Shown: in pieces, positions 1 to 10,314 of the stretch
Layout of the letters: the number at the start of each line of letters is the position of its first letter
Numbering within the stretch: position 1 is the stretch's first letter
From: a virus
Taxonomy: Duplodnaviria > Caudoviricetes
Strand: one strand, 5' to 3'
IMG/VR virus record: IMGVR_UViG_3300020045_019005
Location: 1-36,069 of that record
Length of the DNA stretch: 36,069 nucleotides
Notes under the pieces: model-generated
What the model saw: the letters and a program-made list of their open reading frames with translations, nothing else
Databases searched by the model: none
Told to the model about the DNA's origin: nothing
Translations under genes and position numbers: made by a program

Positions 1-43
1 TCGGTCGCGCTCCAGCTTTGCAACCTCTTGTCGAAACGGGGCT

Positions 44-466
44 ATGATGTTTGACGATGCAAATTCAATAATTGAAACACGGTTGAATGACAATTGGACA
101 ACAACGGCTATTCAATTTGACAATGTCCGATTTGTGCCTGTTGTGGGTACGGCGTTTATACGATTACAAATTGAATGGGCAATATCGAACGTGATTTCCA
201 TTGGTGGTCGGATTAAATCAGAAGGCTATGTTTTAATTTCCATCTTTGTTCCCCATGGTGGAGGACTTTCCACAATATTGGGGTATGCTGACACCATAGC
301 GGCACTATTCAACATGTACCATGAAGGGTCGATTCGGTTTAAATCGGCAATAATTAATAGAGTCGGGCCTCAGAAAGAATGGTTCCAAATCAATGTTGAA
401 ATACCATTTTACTATGATACCTGTTGGAATTTCTCAACCCCATGCCCTGAAATAGAAGGAGATTAA
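44..466 (+). CDS. Tail terminator / tail completion protein (DUF4128-like)
   Basis: 140 aa directly upstream of the tail tube gene. Motifs IQFDNVRF, G.VLISIFVPHGGG and WFQINVEIPF resemble siphophage tail terminators. Confidence 0.75.
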   Translation: MMFDDANSIIETRLNDNWTTTAIQFDNVRFVPVVGTAFIRLQIEWAISNVISIGGRIKSEGYVLISIFVPHGGGLSTILGYADTIAALFNMYHEGSIRFKSAIINRVGPQKEWFQINVEIPFYYDTCWNFSTPCPEIEGD

Positions 467-469
467 AAA

Positions 470-1414
470 ATGAGTTCAGCAACGGGTTCGCGGTCCTATA
501 TCGCAATGATCAAACAAGCTCCAACCACACCACGGGTAATTCCTACCGCCCCGGTCATGCAGAAAGTTAATTTTGTTTCTGACGATCTGCACCAAACGAT
601 TGCAACTAAGGTTTCGGCACATATCCGGTCAGACCGGATGACCTCAGATCTTACCCGGACAGGGTACAGTGTTGGGGGCGGTTACAATTTCGAGTTTCAA
701 TATGAAAACTCTCTCGCTGATGAGTTGCTTCTTGCTGCCCTATGGTGCGAAGAGTTTACAGCAAACGTTGCCGAGAATGGTTCTTTCTACCAGCCGTTTT
801 ATATTGAGCGGGGTCATGCTGATGTGTCACAATATTTTCGTTTTCTTGGAATGGTTGTGGATAAAATGACCTTGAATTTTCCCGATCAAGCGGCTGTTAC
901 GGGGTCATACCAGTTTGTTGGTCTTGAGTCGAGTCTTTACCAGGCCGTTTTCCTCAATTCGACTTATACCGAGCCTGCAGCAACACCAATTTTTTCGACG
1001 GTTTATCATGTTACCGAGATTGCCATTGATGGGGTAGCGCTCACAAGTTGCCTTGTTAAGGATATGACAATTGAAATTAATAACAACGTCACTCCAAAAA
1101 CGGGCATTGGTGTGCTCGGCGCTTGTGAGACTGTGCCCCATACTTTCGCAATAAATGGGAAAATCACTCTCTATTTTGAAGATGAAAGTTTTTATGCAAA
1201 ATTCTTGGCTGGTACTGCTTTTTCACTCGGGGTTTCTTTGCTTGATGAAAACGGCGACGGTTATGATTTTTTGCTGCCGCGTTGTAAGATACAGGCTGAG
1301 ACTGTGCCGGTAACCGGACAGGATGCCGACATTATGGAAAACGTAACATATATAGCCATTTATGACCCGACCGAAGAGTGCATGATTCGGGTCACAAAGG
1401 TTATAGGGGTATAA
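470..1414 (+). CDS. Major tail tube protein
   Basis: 314 aa between terminator and chaperone genes. IRSDRM..D, GG.NFEF, INNN, G.ITLYFED and LPRCK are typical of the phage tail tube family. Confidence 0.85.
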   Translation: MSSATGSRSYIAMIKQAPTTPRVIPTAPVMQKVNFVSDDLHQTIATKVSAHIRSDRMTSDLTRTGYSVGGGYNFEFQYENSLADELLLAALWCEEFTANVAENGSFYQPFYIERGHADVSQYFRFLGMVVDKMTLNFPDQAAVTGSYQFVGLESSLYQAVFLNSTYTEPAATPIFSTVYHVTEIAIDGVALTSCLVKDMTIEINNNVTPKTGIGVLGACETVPHTFAINGKITLYFEDESFYAKFLAGTAFSLGVSLLDENGDGYDFLLPRCKIQAETVPVTGQDADIMENVTYIAIYDPTEECMIRVTKVIGV

Positions 1415-1443
1415 TAAATCAACATCTAAGGGGTTAATTCACA

Positions 1444-1830
1444 ATGGATTTAAGAAAAAGTTTTGGGGTAAATGCCGATCAAGCCGAGAATGGTAAGTGG
1501 TTTGATTTGGAAGACGGCGGTTCTGTGAAAGTGGCCAAGTTCGGCAATCCCAAATGGGTTGCCGAATTGGTCAGACTTCGAAAACCTCACCTTGCAACCA
1601 TTCGAACCGGGACCTTGAGTGATGAGGTAACGACCGACATTACAGTAAAAGCCATGGCGAAAGGTATTTTGCTTGATTGGAAGAACATATCAATTGATGG
1701 TGAAGAGTTTCACCATTCGCTTGAAAATGCCGAAAAAATTCTTCATGAATACCCGGAATTTCGGGAAGCGATAGCACAAATCGCTTCTGACCGCAAATCA
1801 TTCTCTGTGGAAGATATCGCGGGAAAGTAG
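1444..1830 (+). CDS. Tail assembly chaperone (lambda gpG analogue)
   Basis: 128 aa between tube and tape measure genes, with ENGKWF and ILLDWKNI motifs. Ends in the slippery heptamer G GGA AAG just before TAG. Confidence 0.85.
   Translation: MDLRKSFGVNADQAENGKWFDLEDGGSVKVAKFGNPKWVAELVRLRKPHLATIRTGTLSDEVTTDITVKAMAKGILLDWKNISIDGEEFHHSLENAEKILHEYPEFREAIAQIASDRKSFSVEDIAGK
1821..1827 (+). promoter_or_regulatory. Programmed -1 ribosomal frameshift site GGGAAAG
   Basis: In-frame X XXY YYZ heptamer identical to the lambda G-T site. The -1 frame (GGG AAA GTA GCC ACC ATC ATT CTT TGG...) is open and continuous with ORF 1881..2099. Confidence 0.88.
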
Positions 1831-2099
1831 CCACCATCATTCTTTGGTATCGGAAGAATGGGAATAACCTTGACTGGTTTTTGCGGTTACAAGCAACTGG
1901 GGTCAAGGTTAAGGCACTAGATACCCTGCCGGAAATTGATGTTGTTGATGAGTTTTACCTCGATATGTATAATTCTTGTGGTACGGATTTTTCGGCAATT
2001 CTCGCTTATTGCGGTTTATATGAGCAAACCAACGAAGAGATAATCGAAGCTGTCAAAATTATGAAAATGGTGAGCATAAATGCCAGTAGTTCAACTTGA
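1821..2099 (+). CDS. C-terminal extension of the frameshifted chaperone (gpGT analogue)
   Basis: Open -1 frame from the slippery site to the stop at 2099, overlapping the tape measure start. Confidence 0.8.
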   Translation, partial: GKVATIILWYRKNGNNLDWFLRLQATGVKVKALDTLPEIDVVDEFYLDMYNSCGTDFSAILAYCGLYEQTNEEIIEAVKIMKMVSINASSST

Positions 2100-4464
2100 C
2101 CTCGATTCTAAAGATGCTGTAAAAGGGCTCGATAATTACGACAAAGCTGTCGATAAGTCTGAGCGAAATACTGACAGTGCTTTTTCTCGCATGAAAGCCT
2201 CTATAGGTGGTCTTGTGTTGGTGGCTACTGCTACCGCTACTGCTGTGGCTGCAGCATTCGCAACAATGGGGGCAAAAGGCCTTGATAGTGCCAGCCGTAT
2301 GCAGGAAGCACAAAACAAATACGATGTTGTGTTTACCGGCATGTCGGGTCAGGCCGATGCTTGGCGAACAAACCTTGAAAAAAATTATAATCTCTCTGGT
2401 TTAGCTGCCACAAAATATTTGGCCAACACGAAATCTATCCTTGATGCAACCGGCATGCAGTCAAAAGCTGCCGGTGAGCTATCAAACAATATGGTGAGAA
2501 TGGCTCTCGATTTGGCCAGTTTTGCCGATGTGCCCATTGCCGATGCCATTGAAGCAACGACCGCCGCACTCACTGGCGAAATGGAAATGATGAAAAGGTT
2601 CGGTATTGTAATCAGTGCCGATGAAGTAAGCCGCCGAGCCATGATTGAAAACCATATCCGAAATGCAAGTGCTTTGACGACTGCAATGAAAGCCCAAGCA
2701 ACTTATAACATCATGTTGGAGAAGGGGGCCAAGGCTGTCGGGGATGTTGAAAGGAGTTCTGCCTCATATGTTACCCAACTCAACAAATTACGCGCTTTAA
2801 ACGACGATGTGTCAACTGGAATGGGGCAACAACTTATTCCATTTGCAACCCAAGCTTCGCGGATCTTCCTTGAATGGGCAGGGTCAAATGACGCTGTGGC
2901 AACTTCCTCGAATGCGATGAATACCACTTTGAAGTATACCGTTGAAACAACCCGGTTTTTATACAATGGTTTTCAAGGGTTGGTTCAGATTGGGAATACT
3001 GTTGCGATTGGTATTGCTTATCTCACTGATACCATTGTGGGCATGGTGCAAATGACTGTTGGGCCTCTCCAAGCTCTCGGGGATGCAATGGTCAAATTTG
3101 GGGTGCTTGATGTAAACCCTTTTGAAAATTTAATTGCCGGGATAAACACGGCTCGGGAAGCAACTGAGCAATTTGTCGCCTCTTCCCAGGATGCTTTTAA
3201 TAATCAAGCGAAATCGATTGAAAGTGCCAACACCGCATTTGATAAGTTATCCGAATCTGTGGACAAACAACGGGTGGCTCAAACCAATGTTGCTCCAGCT
3301 ATCGACAATACTACCAGTGCTCTAAATAAGTCAAGTGATGCCGCCAATGTTCATATGGGAGTCGTTGAGAAAATGGCAATCACTTATAACAATGTGGGTA
3401 AAGATCTTTCGGGGATAATGGAAGAAGTCAACGGTGTTTGGACACAAGTAGCGGGGGCAACCGAAAACCTTTCAACCGCTATGACCAAAGTTAAAACCGC
3501 ATCGGCGGGAAATTTTACCGAGGAATCAGCCGAACAATATTTGAAATATAAAAGTGCTGTCGATTCTGCAAATAAAGCTGTCCAGGACCATGCAAAAGTC
3601 TTGGAGGTGGATGCCTCCCCCGCCGAGGTGAAACACCACCAAGCGCTTATAGCATTGTCGGATGCCGCGAAAAAACAGATGGAATCATTTGAAAAAAATG
3701 GGGAAGTGACGAAAAGATTGACTAAACATCATCGTGATTTCGGCGATAGTGTTGAACACAATACCGGGGTATTTAAAACAAATTTCGGTGCGATGAGCAC
3801 CATGACCGATCGAGCAAAATCTTTGGTAAGTGCTTATAATAGTGGGGATGCGTCGGTGCAGTCGCTTGAACAGAGTCACAGAGTATTAAGCAACATGATC
3901 AACAATTCAACGAAAGCCATGAGTTTCAGTCAGGATGCTGCTTATCGCAATGCTGTTGCCATGGATGCCGAGGTGGTAGCGGTGCTCAATGCCGCGAAAG
4001 CATGGGCACAATATGAAAAGGATTTGGAGACTTTCAAAAAATCGGGTACTGGAATCGGGCCGACTGCCCCAGGGTCAGAGAGTGCGGGATATACTGGCGC
4101 TGTCGGAATAATGAAGGGGTCAGTCGATGCGAAAGGTGGTCTGACTGAAGAGCAATGGAAAAGTTTACCTGAATCAGTACGGAACCAATTAGGACAAGCG
4201 GCACTCATGGGCACACAACAGTATACCATGGGGTTGGGGTTGTTGCCATCCCAGGGTGGAAAAGAGATTGTTTCATTATCAAAAGCGATAAACCCCGAGG
4301 GGGAGATAAATTTCCGAGCTCAACAAGCGTACCAATTTGAACAGTTGCAACGAGGCAATGACCCGACTCAAACGACCAACATTTATAATTTTAATCAATC
4401 TGTTTCGCGTTCAGATATCGAAAATATTACAACCAGCACAGCACGAAACACAGCGAGGGCATAA
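2080..4464 (+). CDS. Tape measure protein
   Basis: 794 aa, Ala-rich and helical, after the chaperones. Contains DLASF.D and ALTGEMEMMKRFGI tape-measure motifs. Confidence 0.92.
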   Translation: MPVVQLDLDSKDAVKGLDNYDKAVDKSERNTDSAFSRMKASIGGLVLVATATATAVAAAFATMGAKGLDSASRMQEAQNKYDVVFTGMSGQADAWRTNLEKNYNLSGLAATKYLANTKSILDATGMQSKAAGELSNNMVRMALDLASFADVPIADAIEATTAALTGEMEMMKRFGIVISADEVSRRAMIENHIRNASALTTAMKAQATYNIMLEKGAKAVGDVERSSASYVTQLNKLRALNDDVSTGMGQQLIPFATQASRIFLEWAGSNDAVATSSNAMNTTLKYTVETTRFLYNGFQGLVQIGNTVAIGIAYLTDTIVGMVQMTVGPLQALGDAMVKFGVLDVNPFENLIAGINTAREATEQFVASSQDAFNNQAKSIESANTAFDKLSESVDKQRVAQTNVAPAIDNTTSALNKSSDAANVHMGVVEKMAITYNNVGKDLSGIMEEVNGVWTQVAGATENLSTAMTKVKTASAGNFTEESAEQYLKYKSAVDSANKAVQDHAKVLEVDASPAEVKHHQALIALSDAAKKQMESFEKNGEVTKRLTKHHRDFGDSVEHNTGVFKTNFGAMSTMTDRAKSLVSAYNSGDASVQSLEQSHRVLSNMINNSTKAMSFSQDAAYRNAVAMDAEVVAVLNAAKAWAQYEKDLETFKKSGTGIGPTAPGSESAGYTGAVGIMKGSVDAKGGLTEEQWKSLPESVRNQLGQAALMGTQQYTMGLGLLPSQGGKEIVSLSKAINPEGEINFRAQQAYQFEQLQRGNDPTQTTNIYNFNQSVSRSDIENITTSTARNTARA

Positions 4465-4823
4465 TGATTTTCACATATGGTGCGACTGTTGTCACTCTCG
4501 ATTCTCCGGCTCAATACCCTCTTGTAAATAGTACCATGCTCGTCCAGGCAAAGGATAAATCAGCGTCAGGGGTGACCCATGTCGAAAGCTTCAATGTTCG
4601 GACAAACCTCTTCAATTATTCCTTTGTGGATATCAGTGATACCGATTATATAAAAATCATTGAGTTTTTCCTGAACGTCGTTGACGGCATGCTCTTGGAG
4701 TTTTTATTAACCGATGATTTGTCGGTTACCAGGACAGTCAGGTTTACCGAGCCGACTCTTAATTTCACAAAAAATAGTTACGGTTTGTGGTCCGGTAATT
4801 TTCAGGTAGAGGAAATTTTATGA
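4464..4823 (+). CDS. Distal tail / minor tail protein
   Basis: 119 aa coupled to the tape measure stop (TAATG). Position, VRF motif and C-terminal FQVEE are consistent with Dit-like proteins. Confidence 0.65.
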   Translation: MIFTYGATVVTLDSPAQYPLVNSTMLVQAKDKSASGVTHVESFNVRTNLFNYSFVDISDTDYIKIIEFFLNVVDGMLLEFLLTDDLSVTRTVRFTEPTLNFTKNSYGLWSGNFQVEEIL

Positions 4824-7705
4824 TAACCGACCTTGACCAAGAATTCCTTGACGAAATTGTAAAAACAAGTCGGTCACCTGTCCAGCTTTTGGAGTTTGTT
4901 TTACCCGACGAGATATTTTATTTGAGTGATAAAAATGTTGGTACACTTGAAGGATTGCTTCACGAATACCACCCATGGGTCGAGTCATGGGGAGAATTGA
5001 TTGATAATACTTCTGTCAGTAATGTGTTTGATGGGGAATCGCTTGAAATCCGCTCAGGAACCATAACACTTCTCGCTTCTCCAGATTCAAGGACTTTCAT
5101 CAAAAAACTTTTCCAAGCGGGGATTGAAAACACCGAAGTCCGGTTATATCAATGGTTTTCGGGCCTTATTATTGCTCCTCAATTGATAGATATTTTTGTC
5201 TGTCAAGATCCAATTTCCTTGGCCGAAAATTCGATGCTTTTAACAATTGATCTGGTTTCCCCTCTTATGGCCACAAACCCCTATTTGTGGGCACCGGATA
5301 TAGGGGTTGAGAGTCAGCCGGTTGTGATCGGTAAAGCCATTGGACTCCCTTTGAAAAACCTGCAAACCTCAGTTGTCACGAAACTGGCTCAAGATCTCCC
5401 GTATGATTTCACGGGGAACTGTTTTATTGAAAATGGGGTAGGTTTTACTGCTTCGGGGGTTGTGTCAATTGATGCTGAGGCAATAGCTTACAGCGCAATA
5501 ACTGCATCAATAATCACCATAACTGCAAGGGGACAGAATGGCACTACGGCGCGGCCACATTACAATGGGGGCACAGTGACGGAGTATGGTGCAATTTTTG
5601 ATTATGCTATTTGTAGCGGTCCTGTTGCTGCTGTTGATAATTTACTTGCAAATGGTGAAGAGTATATCAATCCTGTCACATTTCTTTTGAGTTCAAATCC
5701 TGTAATTGCCCGTTTTACAGGAAGACCGCCCTGGTTACGAATTGAAATCGGATCCGATGGTGATCCCGTTGTGCCCGATCCGGTCACAGTAACAGAGTAT
5801 GCGGGTGCATACAGAAACGACTTAGAAAATTATTCTAGGTCACCAGCGAATCCAGCCAATATAAACACTGAGGCAAATTTTGCCACAATGGCAATTGATA
5901 GCACTATTGGGGGCGGGAGTGGGGGAGTTTCCAGATATTCTACTGCTGTCTTTTTAAACAATCTCGGATCTAACAATTATCAAAAAATAGGCGGTAACAT
6001 AAACACTTCCGGGACCGGGTTATTATGGTCAAAATGTGGTACTTTTGGGAATGTGATAGATGACGCTCAAGGGTCTGTTGATGTTCAATATGGTTGGGAT
6101 GATTCAGCATTGGGTGATTTAGTATCGACTAAAGTTGTTATTGCTTTTGGGGGTGGGAATGATGTGATTGCTTCATCGTCTGCCCTCAGTATAATTTTTG
6201 TCGATGCTTCCGGAGGAGAGACAATTTTAGAAACATGGGCTGTTGCTGGTTTAAATTATGTGTTTGGTGATGGTTATATCCCACCCTGGAATTCAAAAAC
6301 ATTTGAATATAATGTATCTGTAGCCAATTTTGCTGATTTACAATTGTGTAGAGTACGGATATTGTTAAAAAATATTGAAGCTTTAAATAGTGACGGTTAT
6401 TCTATTGTCGAAGATAGAACAACAATTCGAATACAAAGTATCATTTGGAAAATTAATAATTTTGTTCATGCAGATGAAATTGGGCCACCCTCTCAATATT
6501 TGGTTGCCCATTTCAATAAGGATTTATCCCCGTTGGGCGATCTACTCAATGTTACTGTAAAAATAAAATCATCGACCACCATTGTTGACGCTGTAGGGGA
6601 GTTATATTTTTTAAAGCGATCTTGGGCCGCGCCCGGTGATGATGTGGTTTTGAATCATTTTTCGGGGATTACCGATAATATTGCGGTAAACGAATATGTA
6701 TTCAATCTTGGTGCAATAACATGGGCACAATTATCAAATTTAAGAATCGGAATAAAACAGGAAGTCATATCTCCGACAACTGAAGGAAGTGTTAGAAGAA
6801 TGACCACTATATTTCATTATGTCAAGTGGTTAATCGAATATCAACCTGCCGAAATACCGACCCCTGACGAATTACGGGTTGTTTATTCGGAAAATTTAAC
6901 ATGCGATGTAACGAGTATCATGGGTGAAAATCCCACACCGCCCCAAGTGGTGCAACATTTAATCGAAAATAACTCAAATTCCGGAGCCTATATTGATACT
7001 GTCAATTTTGCCGCAGAACATGCTTTGTATGATACCGAGACTTACTATTTAAACGGGGTACTCGATACCAATACCCGGTTGCATGACGGATTACGTACAG
7101 TGCTTGGAGAAGGGATGTGCCGGTTGATTTTCAATCAAGGCTTTATTAAAATTCTTTCTTATTTTGATGTTGATGATGCAACGATTGATCATACCGTGTC
7201 GCTTGATGAGGTGCAAATACGGTCCAGGAGAATCGATAATCAACCAACTGAACAAATAAAAAACGATGTTACAATCCTTTATAACCGAAACTATGTGGAA
7301 AATTTTTATAACGGAGAAATCCATTTACAAGATGACAATTCAATAACAAAATTCCAACTGAAGGATTTCAGAAAAGAGCTAAAGCTCATTAGTTCACCAG
7401 ATGTTGCCACACTCTTTGCAACCAGAATGTTGAGTATATTTTCCACACCGACAATAATCATATCCTTCAACATGTTTATGTCTGCCTATATCCTCGAAAA
7501 AGGCGATAGAATATCGATTCCGAGCTTTATTGATTCGCGGTTTAGACTGGTTGGGAGCATTTTATCAATAAGTCGAGTATTTGGGCAGGGGAAAACCTCA
7601 AAAATAAATACCTTCAATATTCAAGTTTACAACCCTCAATCATTGGCAAATCTGGAATTATCTGATACAGTGGTGATTGATGATAATTTAACAATGGGGA
7701 TTTGA
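4820..7705 (+). CDS. Tail tip / baseplate hub protein
   Basis: 961 aa with ATGA overlap. Has a P.VIG motif, ARGQNGTTARPH, and a C-terminal N.V.I.Y ... LEKGDRI hub-like region. Confidence 0.7.
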   Translation: MITDLDQEFLDEIVKTSRSPVQLLEFVLPDEIFYLSDKNVGTLEGLLHEYHPWVESWGELIDNTSVSNVFDGESLEIRSGTITLLASPDSRTFIKKLFQAGIENTEVRLYQWFSGLIIAPQLIDIFVCQDPISLAENSMLLTIDLVSPLMATNPYLWAPDIGVESQPVVIGKAIGLPLKNLQTSVVTKLAQDLPYDFTGNCFIENGVGFTASGVVSIDAEAIAYSAITASIITITARGQNGTTARPHYNGGTVTEYGAIFDYAICSGPVAAVDNLLANGEEYINPVTFLLSSNPVIARFTGRPPWLRIEIGSDGDPVVPDPVTVTEYAGAYRNDLENYSRSPANPANINTEANFATMAIDSTIGGGSGGVSRYSTAVFLNNLGSNNYQKIGGNINTSGTGLLWSKCGTFGNVIDDAQGSVDVQYGWDDSALGDLVSTKVVIAFGGGNDVIASSSALSIIFVDASGGETILETWAVAGLNYVFGDGYIPPWNSKTFEYNVSVANFADLQLCRVRILLKNIEALNSDGYSIVEDRTTIRIQSIIWKINNFVHADEIGPPSQYLVAHFNKDLSPLGDLLNVTVKIKSSTTIVDAVGELYFLKRSWAAPGDDVVLNHFSGITDNIAVNEYVFNLGAITWAQLSNLRIGIKQEVISPTTEGSVRRMTTIFHYVKWLIEYQPAEIPTPDELRVVYSENLTCDVTSIMGENPTPPQVVQHLIENNSNSGAYIDTVNFAAEHALYDTETYYLNGVLDTNTRLHDGLRTVLGEGMCRLIFNQGFIKILSYFDVDDATIDHTVSLDEVQIRSRRIDNQPTEQIKNDVTILYNRNYVENFYNGEIHLQDDNSITKFQLKDFRKELKLISSPDVATLFATRMLSIFSTPTIIISFNMFMSAYILEKGDRISIPSFIDSRFRLVGSILSISRVFGQGKTSKINTFNIQVYNPQSLANLELSDTVVIDDNLTMGI

Positions 7706-8154
7706 TGAAATCCAAAGTGAAAATAAAAGGGTCACTATATCTCAAAACTCTCCGCAAAGATGGGGTCATAACAATCCTTCTTGTGGAAAATACGCTTGTA
7801 AATTGGGCACTCATATCTTTTGCCGGGATACTGGCGGGTACAGCATGGCCGAGTGTTCTTACTCACATTGCGCTCGGTAACGGCACAACTCCGGTTGCTC
7901 TCACCGATACCACCTTAGAGAATGAGTTAGGGCGGTACGCAGCAACAGCTAGTCAACTTGCCCCCCCAAATGACAACACGGCACAATTTCAAATTCTTTT
8001 TGATGAAGGGGATGTTGTCGGTACATTTAATGAAGCGGGAATTTTCAGCGCTGACACCGGGGGAAACATGCTCAATAGAGTAGTATTTGGCGATTTCGTT
8101 GTGGGAGCAAGCGACACATTAACTGTTACTTGGCTCATAGAATTTGGTAATTGA
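7705..8154 (+). CDS. Conserved tail / baseplate-associated protein
   Basis: NTLVN, HIALGNGTT, DTTLENELGR, EAGIF and LTVTW form a pattern common in phage tail modules. ATG at 7705 (TGATG overlap). Confidence 0.65.
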   Translation: MKSKVKIKGSLYLKTLRKDGVITILLVENTLVNWALISFAGILAGTAWPSVLTHIALGNGTTPVALTDTTLENELGRYAATASQLAPPNDNTAQFQILFDEGDVVGTFNEAGIFSADTGGNMLNRVVFGDFVVGASDTLTVTWLIEFGN

Positions 8155-8155
8155 T

Positions 8156-10282
8156 ATGCGACATAAAATGACCGATCAAATGGCCGCTGTTCTCTATTTT
8201 CATCGTAAAAACCAGCGAGAAAAATTTTTTGGTTTGATTCGCACAGGGCTTATTTGGTATGCCCCTGATGGTGTTGATATTATCGGACTATCTGCCAGCG
8301 ACTACCTTTCAATCAGGCCAGAGCTACGATCAATATTTTTCAGTGATGCAGATACGAAGCGAAGCGACGAGGACATAGTCACCAATATTGAAGCAAGCCC
8401 CTATCTGAACAATGGGTGGGAGTTGGTCGGGAGGTCTGGAAAAGGTTACGCATTATTTGAGGAATATGCAGATATAGCCAAGCCGTACAGTTTTCTAGGC
8501 GCGTCCTACCCTCCTACTCCATCAGAAAGCCTACTTTTGCTTTATAATGATTTTGACGGAGGGCAAGAATCTCTCGTCGGACCTGACCCGACATACTCCT
8601 ACGATGGAGTGCAATATGACTTTGATGGTGTTTCTGTTGGCTCTGTGCCTGCATATCATCCAGGTAAGGGCATTTGGTGTGGCCCAGCGTATGCTAATTT
8701 GTTCACCGCTGGCCCGTCAGGTGGAGCACAAACTGTTAGTTTGACCGCAGTAAAGTATTGCCTACAGGTTTTCGATACTGGGACAGTAACCTGTAGTTAT
8801 GGCACAGCAACGGTTGAAAATCCTCTAAAGTTCCCCGCTACGGCAGGGGATACAGAGTTTACACCTAATGGTGCCGGTCGCTGGATGCTGTCAAAAGTTA
8901 CATCATCTGCTGCATCTCACGAAATGCCCTATGTTGCACCTGGAGTCTCAAAAGCGAGTGCCATAGGGACAACCACTAAAGGGTTGTCATTCACATTACC
9001 GTCTGCAATCGTTACATTGTTGAGTGGAAATGGGCCTATGACACTAGCCTGTCTTGCGTTCAACCCTGAGACAAACCACACCGGTGAGTATAACGCTGGG
9101 CTGCTTACGGTCACAAACGTAATGGCCGGAATTTTGAGTAAATCAAATTCCGGTCGGCTAGTGAAGGGTACAGATGGCACAACTGCATTAGATATAATTG
9201 ATACATGGAGTCCTAACGAGTTCCACTTGGGGCTGATACAAACTGATGGATCGGGTAATTTTAGGGTCGGTGCACGCAGGTTATCGGCTGATTTATTTCC
9301 AATAGAAGACGCTCAATATGGAACACTTACAGCCTTTGATGGTTCGTTTGCCCCTAGCAGCAATCCTATGCGAGTTGCTTTCGGGAATCTTGATCCAACA
9401 TGGATAAAGCAAATACAGCTATGGAACAAACAAGCCTCAACAGAAGAGATTATTGCGGCAACATACTATTGCAAACCAAAGCCAACGTCAAAAGGCGATA
9501 TAGAAATTTTTCTTGTGATGGGGCAATCAAACGCTGATGGTCGAGGTTTAATTACCGAATTATCTGGCGGTCTTTCTGCCTTTTACACATACGATCATAC
9601 CACACTCAAATGTTTAGATAAAGTAGCCGTAAAATCAGGTACAGGATTAACAGCGGCATCATTTATTGATGATGGATTAATGTTTTATTTGAGTAAAGAG
9701 AGGTCCACCATCAAAGGGAGGACAAGCCAAAATGTGCAGGCACCTGCAACATATTTTGGTGTTGAATTACCATATGGTTACTCCCATTTTACAGCACATC
9801 CGACTAATCCGTTGTGCATACTAAAAGCAGCAGTCGGAGGCACCGGAATTGAAACAAGTTGGAAGGTAACAACCCCAGATGCCGCGTCGTTGTGGAAGTG
9901 GTTTAAAACTACAATCCATAATCGTGCAATTAGTTGGTTGATAGAACAGGGATATAACCCAGTTATTAAAAAAGTATTTTGGATGCAGGGGGAAACTGAC
10001 GCAGACGCCGGTGTGTCAGAGGCTGCATATGCTGCGAGCCTAAGAGTTCTTGTCGGTAGGCTTAATACAGAACTGTATAACACTCCGACACAGATAATAA
10101 TAGGTGGTTTGTCTTCTGTGTATAACACAACAAACGGCACAAAAATCAAAAATGCACAACAAACAGTTGCTGGAGAATTTGACAATTGCGTGTATTTTTC
10201 AACTGATAGTTATGGTTTATCAGATATTCATTACACAGCGGCAGCATTAGAAACGATGGGCGCTGATTTGTTTAATTTATGA
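8156..10282 (+). CDS. Tail fibre / receptor-binding protein with C-terminal SGNH acetylesterase (SASA/DUF303-like) domain
   Basis: Last gene of the tail module. GQSNADG, AVGGTG, WMQGETD and DIHY blocks occur in SGNH order after a beta-rich, possibly LamG-like region. The ORF track starts at TTG 8144; ATG 8156 is preferred. Confidence 0.8.
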   Translation: MRHKMTDQMAAVLYFHRKNQREKFFGLIRTGLIWYAPDGVDIIGLSASDYLSIRPELRSIFFSDADTKRSDEDIVTNIEASPYLNNGWELVGRSGKGYALFEEYADIAKPYSFLGASYPPTPSESLLLLYNDFDGGQESLVGPDPTYSYDGVQYDFDGVSVGSVPAYHPGKGIWCGPAYANLFTAGPSGGAQTVSLTAVKYCLQVFDTGTVTCSYGTATVENPLKFPATAGDTEFTPNGAGRWMLSKVTSSAASHEMPYVAPGVSKASAIGTTTKGLSFTLPSAIVTLLSGNGPMTLACLAFNPETNHTGEYNAGLLTVTNVMAGILSKSNSGRLVKGTDGTTALDIIDTWSPNEFHLGLIQTDGSGNFRVGARRLSADLFPIEDAQYGTLTAFDGSFAPSSNPMRVAFGNLDPTWIKQIQLWNKQASTEEIIAATYYCKPKPTSKGDIEIFLVMGQSNADGRGLITELSGGLSAFYTYDHTTLKCLDKVAVKSGTGLTAASFIDDGLMFYLSKERSTIKGRTSQNVQAPATYFGVELPYGYSHFTAHPTNPLCILKAAVGGTGIETSWKVTTPDAASLWKWFKTTIHNRAISWLIEQGYNPVIKKVFWMQGETDADAGVSEAAYAASLRVLVGRLNTELYNTPTQIIIGGLSSVYNTTNGTKIKNAQQTVAGEFDNCVYFSTDSYGLSDIHYTAAALETMGADLFNL

Positions 10283-10314
10283 TTGATAATTAACTACAAC
10301 CAAGAGGGGATAAA

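Noticed and set aside
1-54. Exact circular join creating a neck-terminator fusion protein
   Set aside because: No terminal overlap is visible and the usual continuation after AQP is missing. A small assembly gap is more likely than a real fusion.
8156-10282. Diversity-generating retroelement acting on the tail fibre
   Set aside because: No reverse transcriptase motif in any ORF and no template/variable repeat pair noticed.
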